Shown here: positions 55,414-64,000 of the stretch, one piece after another
How positions within the stretch are numbered: the first letter of the stretch is position 1
Layout of the letters: each line of letters begins with the position of its first letter
IMG/VR virus record: IMGVR_UViG_3300033388_005412
Coordinates: 1-64,000 of that record
DNA: 64,000 bases
From: a virus
Lineage: Duplodnaviria; Caudoviricetes
Direction: 5' to 3' (one strand)
Notes under the pieces: generated by a model
What the model was told of the DNA's origin: nothing
Seen by the model: only the letters and a program-made list of their open reading frames with translations
Database searches by the model: none
Position numbers and translations under genes: made by a program

Positions 55414-58376
55414 TCTTCCTTAAAAATTGCCACGACCGAAACTCCACCTGGCGAGTCATTTTCGTCAACATCTTCAAAATCTATACCAATAGCTGTATTT
55501 TCATCGCACCTTATTCCTGTAAAAAATTTCAGATAAGTCACTCCCGCCGTAATAGACAATGTTGTTGTGCTTACTCCGTCACGCCATACCCTGATAGTAA
55601 AAGCGTCAGGTGTTGCCGATGTAATTTTAATATGAAATGCCTCAACATTTCCAGTCGCTCCGCAAACTTCAAACCAATGGCCGTTAGTGTAAAGAGTATC
55701 GCTTGAATTATAAATATTAGAAGCCCCTGTTCCACCATATAAAGCTATACGGTGATTGGATGAACCGCCTGCGCCACCACCAGTGCTATTTATTGTCACT
55801 ATTCCTCGCCCGTCTGTCGGTGTAATTGTAATATTATCTCCTGCAAGTATCTGCGAAACACCTGTTGACATTCCGGTTTCATAATCGTTTTTGTTTACAT
55901 AAGTTTCCGTTGCCGAACTCTCGTCAAGTTTATATGTTATATCTGTTATGTTAGTCAGCACCTGCACACCTGTCGTTGAAATAGCCGCCGCATTTGCGTC
56001 TATCAAATCTTTGTTCGTGCCCGTGCTTACGCCAATAGCCGTTATTTCAGTATCTGTTGTTACTATTTCGTCGGACAATGCCGCCCCTGTTGACCGCAAA
56101 GCCGTGTAAATCGTCGTCGTATCTGTTGCCACATTTTCAAAATCTACATTAGTTGCTATTATCTCCACTGATAGCGCCGCCCCGGTACTTTTTAATTCAT
56201 CGTAAATCTGCCCCGTTGTCGCTGCCGTTAAACTCAAATCCGCCGCAATTGCATAATCAGATATTGTGTATTCTTCCGCCGCCCCTGCGCCGTCAAATCC
56301 AGCAAATGTACTTGCCGTGCCTGTATGACCTGAATTTGTCCACGCCAATGTTCCTAAATCAGGGTGATTCGGCGGTGTGGATATTTTGTATGGTATAATA
56401 TATCTATTATCAATTTCTATAAAATTCGGTTCGCCTTCTTTAACTATTATTCTTGCCGCTAATATCCCAAAATTATTCACAACCGAGGGTATCGTAGCCG
56501 GGTCATCGGAGAGTTGGGCATCAATAAGTTTCAAAAATTGCTCCTGCCCATAGACTACATTTATATCGCTGTCATAATGAACATATGCGTATTGGCACAT
56601 ATAATAATTATTTGTAAGCGCAACCGTGCTACCGCTGCCATCGTCATATGCTGTGTTATCCACTTGTGTCAATGAACTTACTGAAATCCAATCGCCCGCG
56701 TCGCCCCTATACCACGCTATAAACCTCGCCGCATCCGATGTATCTTGTGTTGTTGTTTCTATGGGATTGTTTCCGTGCCAGAATTTCCCCGTCGTTGATG
56801 TTAAATACCTTTCTCCTGTTTCAGCAATCACTCCGCCGAATTCTCTCTCAAATCCTCTTACACCAACTACCCTTTTTCTTGCTCTATGCCGCCAATCATA
56901 AACGTTAAGCCCTGTGTCTATGTGGTGCATTGTGTTATCGCCGTTTTTATAAACAAGTCCTATTCCAAACTGTGTCTGTCCGTTTATTTCAGTTGTCGCC
57001 GCCGTTGTGGATATTTCTACATTTCCACCGTTGTAATCAATATAAACTTTTATAACAATGCCCGAAGCTATATCAATATCATATTTGCCGTCAAAATCAA
57101 AAGACACAAGTGTTGCCGTTGAACTCGCCGTAGTCCGTATCATTCCCGTGCCGCTTGACACTGATATTGTGCCGTCGCCGTTATCTGTAATTTGCCCACC
57201 GGTTGCTCTGCCTGCCGAGCCTGCAATATATATATAGTCTTGTGAGGTGTCGTATGTTGCGGAATTAAGGTTATTAATATAAACGTGATTTGCAGTAACA
57301 GAACTTGCCACAACACCGGTAAAATTAGAACCGTCAAAAGTTGGTGACGAACCGGATGTTACATCTTGGTTAATATAGCTGTGGTCACTGCCGTCATTTG
57401 CAATATGATCAGACAGAGCGGCAGCCGTGCTTTGCAAGGCAGTATAAATTCCACCTGTTGATATTCCAATTGCCTCTATAGCATCATCGTTCGTAGTTAT
57501 CTGTCCCTGTAATGAATCAACCTGTCCACTCAAAACAGCTGTTGAATACTCAAGCGCGGCAATTCTATCTTTATTCTCACCTGTTGATACCTGTAAATCA
57601 TATATATCAGCAGCATTTGTTCCCGTAGATACGGCTATATCATTTTCTCTCGCCACTGCTCTTGTTATTTCTGCGGATAACGCCGCAGCTGTTGAATTTA
57701 ACGCCGCATATATGGTCCCTGTGGAAACGCCCAGGGCGGCATCACCACCTATTCTATCTGATATCTCAGTATTAAGGTCAGTTCTTAATGTTGAAGTATC
57801 TATAGCAACATTTTCAAAATTAATATCTGTCGTCGCTATTTCCTCTGACAGCGTCGCCCCTGTTGACTGCAACGCCGCATAAATTGTACCAGTTGAGACT
57901 CCTAATACGCTATCGCCATTTTTTCTATTTGCGATTTCTGTTGTAAGATTATTTGCATTTGTTGTTGTATCCGTTGCAACATTATTAAAATTGGTATCGG
58001 TGTCTGCTATTTCTTCATCAAGAGCCGTCTTGATAGTACCGGTACTTGCCGCCGTTAAAGACCAACTGCTTCTAACCGCAAAATATGATTCATCATGATT
58101 ATCAAGTAAGTCAGAATCGGCCGCCTTTTCTGTTTTATATAAATATGTATCAGGTGCTGAACTTATAAACACAGGATCTGATTCTGCACCGCCGGCACCA
58201 AACTGTAAATCCACATAATCTTTATTTGCCGCCTGGCCACTTATTGTTGGTGTAGCTGTATATATTGTACCGCCCCTAAAATCCCATGAGCCAACTGGTT
58301 CGGCGTCATTTGTTTTTATATCCCATGCATATAATTGAGCCCCCAACAACAAAATTCCAAATAATATTTTTTTCAT
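55410..58376 (-). CDS. fibre/adhesin-like protein with signal peptide and ST-rich coiled-coil repeats
   Basis: MKKILFGILLLGAQLYA-W; repeated STGTIY.AL.STGA.LS.EI; ILAGDNITITP/GGAGGS segments typical of phage fibres. Confidence 0.7.
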   Translation of the reverse strand: MKKILFGILLLGAQLYAWDIKTNDAEPVGSWDFRGGTIYTATPTISGQAANKDYVDLQFGAGGAESDPVFISSAPDTYLYKTEKAADSDLLDNHDESYFAVRSSWSLTAASTGTIKTALDEEIADTDTNFNNVATDTTTNANNLTTEIANRKNGDSVLGVSTGTIYAALQSTGATLSEEIATTDINFENVAIDTSTLRTDLNTEISDRIGGDAALGVSTGTIYAALNSTAAALSAEITRAVARENDIAVSTGTNAADIYDLQVSTGENKDRIAALEYSTAVLSGQVDSLQGQITTNDDAIEAIGISTGGIYTALQSTAAALSDHIANDGSDHSYINQDVTSGSSPTFDGSNFTGVVASSVTANHVYINNLNSATYDTSQDYIYIAGSAGRATGGQITDNGDGTISVSSGTGMIRTTASSTATLVSFDFDGKYDIDIASGIVIKVYIDYNGGNVEISTTAATTEINGQTQFGIGLVYKNGDNTMHHIDTGLNVYDWRHRARKRVVGVRGFEREFGGVIAETGERYLTSTTGKFWHGNNPIETTTQDTSDAARFIAWYRGDAGDWISVSSLTQVDNTAYDDGSGSTVALTNNYYMCQYAYVHYDSDINVVYGQEQFLKLIDAQLSDDPATIPSVVNNFGILAARIIVKEGEPNFIEIDNRYIIPYKISTPPNHPDLGTLAWTNSGHTGTASTFAGFDGAGAAEEYTISDYAIAADLSLTAATTGQIYDELKSTGAALSVEIIATNVDFENVATDTTTIYTALRSTGAALSDEIVTTDTEITAIGVSTGTNKDLIDANAAAISTTGVQVLTNITDITYKLDESSATETYVNKNDYETGMSTGVSQILAGDNITITPTDGRGIVTINSTGGGAGGSSNHRIALYGGTGASNIYNSSDTLYTNGHWFEVCGATGNVEAFHIKITSATPDAFTIRVWRDGVSTTTLSITAGVTYLKFFTGIRCDENTAIGIDFEDVDENDSPGGVSVVAIFKED

Positions 58377-58386
58377 ACCATTCCTC

Positions 58387-60480
58387 CTAATTTTCATAAA
58401 TTACAACATCACCCTCATATGTTGCCACACTAATAACTGAGTTTGTATTGCCATACCGTGCTATTGTATCATCAGGATATGTTGCAATCATATTTATTAT
58501 CTGATTTATTGTAAATGTTTCTAATTTTCCACTGTTTTCTGAATATGCCGCCGATGATACAGATGATGCAAATGGTAAATTCGTTAAATTACTGCCATCA
58601 CCATAGAAATACGTCGCCGAAGCTTTTCCTACCACATAAACATTTGTATCTATATGTACACCAAAATCATCAGTCGTTATGTTTCCTGTATCCAACGCTA
58701 TTCCTGTCACCGTAATTGTATCTTTTATAATAGCGTTATCTCCGTATAAATCATCACCGTAAATATCGCCCGCCACCCTCGTCGTCGCGCCCATTGTTAT
58801 TTCAGAACCGTCATATTCTATGCTCGTCACTCCACCACCTATATGAAAATCAATACCCGCTGTATTTTCTGAATATGCCACAAAATATCCCCCGCGAGCC
58901 CCTTGGTTAATTGCATCAGGATAATTTTCACTCCCCCCGTCAAAAATTGCCGCTCCCCCTTCTGATGAAACGAAAAATTCACCATCTCCGACATCTATTG
59001 CAAGCCCCCTATTTTTTTGGTAATCGCTTGACTTTGGTTTTATCGTCGCCAAATCAGTATTTAATACTTCGTAAGAAGATAAATATGTGCTTTCTGTATA
59101 ATAATCAAAAGAACAATGACTCTTATAATTTATCCACGAAGTTCCTATTGCCATATAAGGTTGTAAGAATGTCTGCAATGTAGTTTCATATGAGCCTGTA
59201 TATATTGTTGTACGATTTTTAACAAATCTATATGTTACTGTTGTATCGTAATGTTTTAATGTTATTAGCGCGTCGTCTCCATCGTTCATAGTGAATGACA
59301 AATCAACGCTCCTCTGTGCACCTTCTGTATCTATGTAATAAAAATAAACACCAGCGCCACCAAAACGGTTAGCTTGTTGTATATAAAATCCTATCTTTGG
59401 AAAAATGTCAGGGCTATCCCTTTTCAGTCCTATAAAATACCCCCACATTATATCCCAAATCTCTCCTTCCTCGCCTATATCATTCCGTGCCGTCATATCC
59501 CATGTAGCAGTCAACACAGTTGCTGATGAGTTAAATGTTTTATTTCTTGTAAATAGCACGGCGCCATCGTTTGGAGAAGGTGGAGTTACATCTTGTTTTA
59601 TATGTAATTCTCCTGCCTCCACATAACATCCACCAGAGTCGGTAGGGTTATCTGCATATATCCAATCATTGACAATATCCGGGTAAACATCAAAATTATC
59701 CGTAAACCGTGAGTCTGCTTTATTATTATAATCTTCTTTTTCCACAAACCCGTCAATCTTAATCGTATTCGTCGTCCCCGTCGTCCAATAAGTATCCGAG
59801 GAATAATGCACCATTGAACCGTTAAACTGCGATCTACCTGTTTTACCATCAAGAACTATATTACAAGTTGCGCCGTTTGTTAATTTTATATTTGTTGAGT
59901 TCATTATTAATGAACCATTCATTTCATCGCCTTGGGTTGAAACAAAAGCATCATAATTTCTACCGTCCAATAAATCACTGTCATGTGCTTTCCACGTTGG
60001 TGTGTCTAAAAATAATTGATAATCATAACCATGTAATCCATCAAGTTTATCACTGTTATCACTATTATCACTGTTGTCACTGTTATAACTATCATATGCT
60101 TTCCATGACGATGTATCCAAATATAATTGAAAATCTGAACTATCATACCCATCCAATAGATCACTATCATACGCCTTCCATGTTGAAGTATCTAATTTTT
60201 TCTGATATATTGATTCGGCATCGTTTTTCTGCAAATATACTGCCGGGCCTGAACTTGTAAACACAGGATCACTTTCTTCCGGTGATCCAATACCGGTTAA
60301 ATTCGATCCATCGCCGTAATATGTTGTCGCCGATGAATAACCCGTAATATATGTATGGCTTGCTATTTTAATTTCCGCGCCGTCAGTTGTTTTTATACTA
60401 TTTCCTGACATTCTTAAGGTGGCGCACACAGGTGAAGTCAATGCGGCTAAAATTATAAAAATATCTCTATATTTTCTCAC
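58387..60480 (-). CDS. fibre-like protein with signal peptide
   Basis: MRKYRDIFIILAALTSPVCA-; YYGDGSNLT x2; DSDLLDG/DKLDG repeats. Confidence 0.7.
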   Translation of the reverse strand: MRKYRDIFIILAALTSPVCATLRMSGNSIKTTDGAEIKIASHTYITGYSSATTYYGDGSNLTGIGSPEESDPVFTSSGPAVYLQKNDAESIYQKKLDTSTWKAYDSDLLDGYDSSDFQLYLDTSSWKAYDSYNSDNSDNSDNSDKLDGLHGYDYQLFLDTPTWKAHDSDLLDGRNYDAFVSTQGDEMNGSLIMNSTNIKLTNGATCNIVLDGKTGRSQFNGSMVHYSSDTYWTTGTTNTIKIDGFVEKEDYNNKADSRFTDNFDVYPDIVNDWIYADNPTDSGGCYVEAGELHIKQDVTPPSPNDGAVLFTRNKTFNSSATVLTATWDMTARNDIGEEGEIWDIMWGYFIGLKRDSPDIFPKIGFYIQQANRFGGAGVYFYYIDTEGAQRSVDLSFTMNDGDDALITLKHYDTTVTYRFVKNRTTIYTGSYETTLQTFLQPYMAIGTSWINYKSHCSFDYYTESTYLSSYEVLNTDLATIKPKSSDYQKNRGLAIDVGDGEFFVSSEGGAAIFDGGSENYPDAINQGARGGYFVAYSENTAGIDFHIGGGVTSIEYDGSEITMGATTRVAGDIYGDDLYGDNAIIKDTITVTGIALDTGNITTDDFGVHIDTNVYVVGKASATYFYGDGSNLTNLPFASSVSSAAYSENSGKLETFTINQIINMIATYPDDTIARYGNTNSVISVATYEGDVVIYEN

Positions 60481-60674
60481 GGCTCAACTCCCCATTTTTC
60501 AACCCAAATACCCAATTCACGTCTTTCTACTAAAAAATTATTATCGCTCACAATTATTCTGTATGTCCCATCCTTATTTTTATTACCTATATATATAACA
60601 CCTGTTTCAATATCGCCGCCATCGCCTGAAATATGCTGCATCTTCCTGGTAAAAGGATTTAAAATCACCCTCAT
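60477..60674 (-). CDS. small fibre-associated protein
   Basis: IGNKNKDGTYRII...VERRELGIWVEK motif. Confidence 0.55.
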   Translation of the reverse strand: MRVILNPFTRKMQHISGDGGDIETGVIYIGNKNKDGTYRIIVSDNNFLVERRELGIWVEKWGVEP

Positions 60675-62500
60675 ACTAAATCTCCTGGCACAATGCTATT
60701 TTTCAACTCATAAGATCTTAAAGTCGGTGTTATGAACCCGCGATTGCCGATAAATTCGCACTCAAAGACAACCTTAATATCGGCTGTACTTGATGCTGCA
60801 TATTTAATGAATAAATCATCATCATCTTCATGTTTTGTTATGGCATATCCATCAATCCAATAAGTCCCCCTTTCTAATTCCGTGCTATGAACAACCCGCT
60901 TCAGCGGATATCTATATGCGAAAGCCATTAAATGCGTAACATCAGTTATTTCCGGCTCAGAAGGCGGTTCGCACGGCACCCATATTTCACTTTCATAGTG
61001 AAAGTATTCAATCTCAATTAAATTTGAGCCTTCCAATCCTGAAAATGTATAATTATCATCACCATTCACAACAACATTTAAAACCTCATTGTTTATTTTA
61101 CCCGAAAAATTAAGATGTCTGATTGTACATTTATAATCCTCCTGTAAATTATGAACAACTGTGATATCCTGATCAGCCTGAAGCTCAATATACATTCGCC
61201 GCTGTATCACATTTATCTTTTTCTTTAAAACAATTTCACATTTTAACTCATCCGGACCCAGGTATGTTGTCACGTCAGCGTCATCCACCTGACTTAATAC
61301 TGTAATTGGAATCTTATCGCCAATTTTAATAATTCTGACAACTTTGTTCTCCTCATCATACTTAACAAAATAATCAACATCTTTTACAAAATTTCCCTGC
61401 ATTCCTTCTATATAAACACTTTCAACACCATCTTTAACTATTTCATAATTATCCATCGTGAGGGATAAAAAATCAATTATCCCGGTCTCACCCAAAACAG
61501 TTAATTTCTCATTTTTGTATTCCCAATCATCTTCATCAACATGTTCAAATTTCTGATATCCGCTTCTGACCATTAAACTGTCTAAAACATAATTAGCATC
61601 CAACACACACGGCAGTGAAGTTGATTCTTTCCACTCAATTCCGCTCATGCCGCCTTTCGCCGTAATTAAATCATCCACTAAGCCAACCGAACCGATAGGT
61701 ATTCGATCGCCCGGTACGCCATCTTTGATAATTCTGATATATGAATTCAATTTAGAACCATTTGGTACACAAATATCTCTTGTTAAACTTAATTTATATA
61801 AATTATCAATATCAAACTCTTCACTTATAAATGTTCCTCGTGTTTTATACCGTGCCAAACACGCGTCGATGTAATTAATTGAAACTAAAGACGCGATACC
61901 TGTTATTTTTATCTCAACAGCCTTTCTCGGCCAGAAATTCCAAACATGCTGCTGGCCGGTTCTCTCGCCGAGGTTCTCAAATTCATTATTTGACGCATTC
62001 TTAACACTTAATGTCAGAGCAATATCATTATTTGTTCTGATAAAAATTTTATTAACTAATTCACGTTTCTCAAAACTCAATAAAAACTCAAAAGGTGTTT
62101 CAGTATCTGTCTGGTATGCCCAGAAACCCTCGTTATCTTCAAAAATTTTCTTAAAATCAGTACCTGGGACAGGACGACCGGAAATCATCGACATCGGATA
62201 CATAGCTTTTTTATAATAATCCGGGTTAAATAAAACTCTTTTAGATCTGAATTTCAAAGCATAACCGTCTTTATCATAAACAAGATTATCCTCGCTTTTA
62301 ACTAAATTAAGATCATGAAATGAATCACCATATTCAACCGGCTGTTTTTTCAAATTTATAAATTCATAATACGATGCCAAAATTTTCCTGCGCTGACGTA
62401 ATATCTGATCAACAGTGCTTCTATATAACTTTTCAATATATGTTTTAATATAATTAAAATTTGTATTAAGTGATTCTATAAATTTATCCTGATTATTCAT
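60671..62500 (-). CDS. putative virion structural protein
   Basis: 609 aa; N-terminal helix then beta-rich acidic domains; structural module context. Confidence 0.55.
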   Translation of the reverse strand: MNNQDKFIESLNTNFNYIKTYIEKLYRSTVDQILRQRRKILASYYEFINLKKQPVEYGDSFHDLNLVKSEDNLVYDKDGYALKFRSKRVLFNPDYYKKAMYPMSMISGRPVPGTDFKKIFEDNEGFWAYQTDTETPFEFLLSFEKRELVNKIFIRTNNDIALTLSVKNASNNEFENLGERTGQQHVWNFWPRKAVEIKITGIASLVSINYIDACLARYKTRGTFISEEFDIDNLYKLSLTRDICVPNGSKLNSYIRIIKDGVPGDRIPIGSVGLVDDLITAKGGMSGIEWKESTSLPCVLDANYVLDSLMVRSGYQKFEHVDEDDWEYKNEKLTVLGETGIIDFLSLTMDNYEIVKDGVESVYIEGMQGNFVKDVDYFVKYDEENKVVRIIKIGDKIPITVLSQVDDADVTTYLGPDELKCEIVLKKKINVIQRRMYIELQADQDITVVHNLQEDYKCTIRHLNFSGKINNEVLNVVVNGDDNYTFSGLEGSNLIEIEYFHYESEIWVPCEPPSEPEITDVTHLMAFAYRYPLKRVVHSTELERGTYWIDGYAITKHEDDDDLFIKYAASSTADIKVVFECEFIGNRGFITPTLRSYELKNSIVPGDLV

Positions 62501-62511
62501 TTATTCATCCT

Positions 62512-64000
62512 TTATTCATCCTTTGTATATGGATTTCCCGTCACAAATATCGGATAAAAATTTTTAATAACCGGCGTCTCCATATCATCTCCTTTAACCA
62601 ATATAACTTTAATTCTTATTTTTTTTGATTCAGTATCTATATATGGTGAATTTGTATTCAAATCAACTCCCGTAATAGAATTTTCTTTTCTTGTCTGAGA
62701 TATATCTGAATTTATATAAATCTTCTTAGGCAGCGGTTTAAAATTTTTAATTATATCTTCTCTATTAACAGGTATAATTCTGTGCCACACCAAACCATCA
62801 TCAACTGAAACAAAATATGATATCCCATCAACAGAATCATCGCTGTGTATTTTAACCGCGGTGCAATTATCCGGTATATCTATTTCTTTCGTAACGCCTT
62901 CCGATATATCTTCATATGTGTTATGGCCTATTTTTATGTCTGTTATGCCCATAGCATAGCGTTTTCTCTTTGACTCCCGTGATTGAACCGTTAGATACCC
63001 CCCAGTGCCCATTAAAACGTCTAAAACAGGTGTTTCGGTGTATTCAACCCCTGGAAGCCAATGGTCCATAATCCACGATGGAGCATCATTAATAACAGTC
63101 GTTATGTTTCTATTATCATCCCCGCTCATTTTCATAACTTTATCCAGGACATATGGTCCCGTTACATCAACCCAGCTTTCATTATTGGCTATCCTGAAAT
63201 AACCCAAATCATATTTCATATAATAACCGTGCTCCTGCTTAAAAGTTAAATTAATCGATTTTATTTTATCTTCTGTATTAAAAAAAGGTGACTCAAATGT
63301 AAATACTGTTTCTTTTGTTATCAATGTTTCCGGTATATCAATCGGCTTCTGCTCATATCCGTTTGACGCAACGGCTAAAACAATTTTATAATAAGTACTT
63401 GATGAGAATGAATGCGGTATTACAGTTATGGTGTTGATATCCATACCCTCAGAAAACACAAATTTCACAGTTGTCGTTAAATTTATTTCAGTATCTTTTA
63501 TCTGCTGAGAAAATACGGCGTCTTCGCGTTCCTCCTGGAGAACCACACCCTCGGCCTCCCAGAATGTGTCTTTATCATCAACAATAACGGCACCATCGTT
63601 GGCAGCCGGCCTGATTCCGTCCTCACCTGTTTCATTTCCTTCTATCCAGCGGCCATATGATTTTCCATAATAAACTGAAATATCCTTATCGCTTGAAATT
63701 GTGTTCAGAACAGGCGGCGCCTTCAATGTCGGGACAGCATCGGTATATGACTTAACACCGAGAACCGTTGTATTGAATTCGGAAATTGATGGGTTCTCTT
63801 TCAAGAACAAATCATCATACATTTTAACTTCTTCATCTGGTTTTTTGATCTGCTCAACACTGTTCCACGCGCTTAAAATTCTGGATTTTATATTTTGCTG
63901 TTCATTTTTAATTAAGTTTATATCACGCTCAATATAATCAATATATTTATTAATCACTTCGGACGACACAAAATCAGCTTTTTTAATCAGTTGAATATCC
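62512..64000 (-). CDS. putative virion structural protein (5' end beyond window)
   Basis: Frame stays open from 63969 to window edge (DIQLIKKADFVSSEV...). Confidence 0.55.
   Translation of the reverse strand, partial: DIQLIKKADFVSSEVINKYIDYIERDINLIKNEQQNIKSRILSAWNSVEQIKKPDEEVKMYDDLFLKENPSISEFNTTVLGVKSYTDAVPTLKAPPVLNTISSDKDISVYYGKSYGRWIEGNETGEDGIRPAANDGAVIVDDKDTFWEAEGVVLQEEREDAVFSQQIKDTEINLTTTVKFVFSEGMDINTITVIPHSFSSSTYYKIVLAVASNGYEQKPIDIPETLITKETVFTFESPFFNTEDKIKSINLTFKQEHGYYMKYDLGYFRIANNESWVDVTGPYVLDKVMKMSGDDNRNITTVINDAPSWIMDHWLPGVEYTETPVLDVLMGTGGYLTVQSRESKRKRYAMGITDIKIGHNTYEDISEGVTKEIDIPDNCTAVKIHSDDSVDGISYFVSVDDGLVWHRIIPVNREDIIKNFKPLPKKIYINSDISQTRKENSITGVDLNTNSPYIDTESKKIRIKVILVKGDDMETPVIKNFYPIFVTGNPYTKDE

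Noticed and set aside
1-64000. Archaeal virus assignment based on PolB, RtcB, histone-like and Hjc-like genes
   Set aside because: Repeated TTGACA-17-TAtAaT promoters, RecA, DnaG-DnaB, a class II CCA enzyme and an SLT point to a bacterial host.

Overview
AT-rich, gene-dense 64 kb segment of a large dsDNA bacteriophage genome. No capsid or terminase genes are visible in this window. Several near-perfect sigma70 promoters (TTGACA-17-TAtAaT) and GGAGG Shine-Dalgarno sites point to a bacterial host. There are four transcription blocks. (+) 1-28.6 kb: many small early-type ORFs, then RNA-repair, recombination and replication genes (Rnl2-family ligase, RtcB, SbcC/Rad50, RecA, family B polymerase, SLT). 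(-) 28.7-43.8 kb: a sigma-like factor, a ~10 kb glycosyltransferase/methyltransferase/radical-SAM island and nucleases. (+) 43.9-51.2 kb: primase-helicase, Cas4-like nuclease, RNase HII and a CCA-type nucleotidyltransferase. (-) 51.2-64 kb: virion/fibre-like genes. Main highlights: (1) a group I intron with LAGLIDADG ORF splitting rtcB at its GGG/NH motif, with P1, P3, P7 and P10 visible by eye; (2) a 120-nt tRNA-shaped RNA whose anticodon and variable arms are replaced by long hairpins, in a genome with three RNA end-repair enzymes; (3) a putative histone-fold gene directly upstream of rtcB; (4) a five-domain glycosyltransferase carrying a mini-intein, next to a GT-radical SAM fusion; (5) four consecutive fibre-module genes that begin with Sec-type signal peptides; (6) an RNase HII with a rewritten DEAGRG motif. 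All family calls come from motif recognition by eye; no database searches were run.
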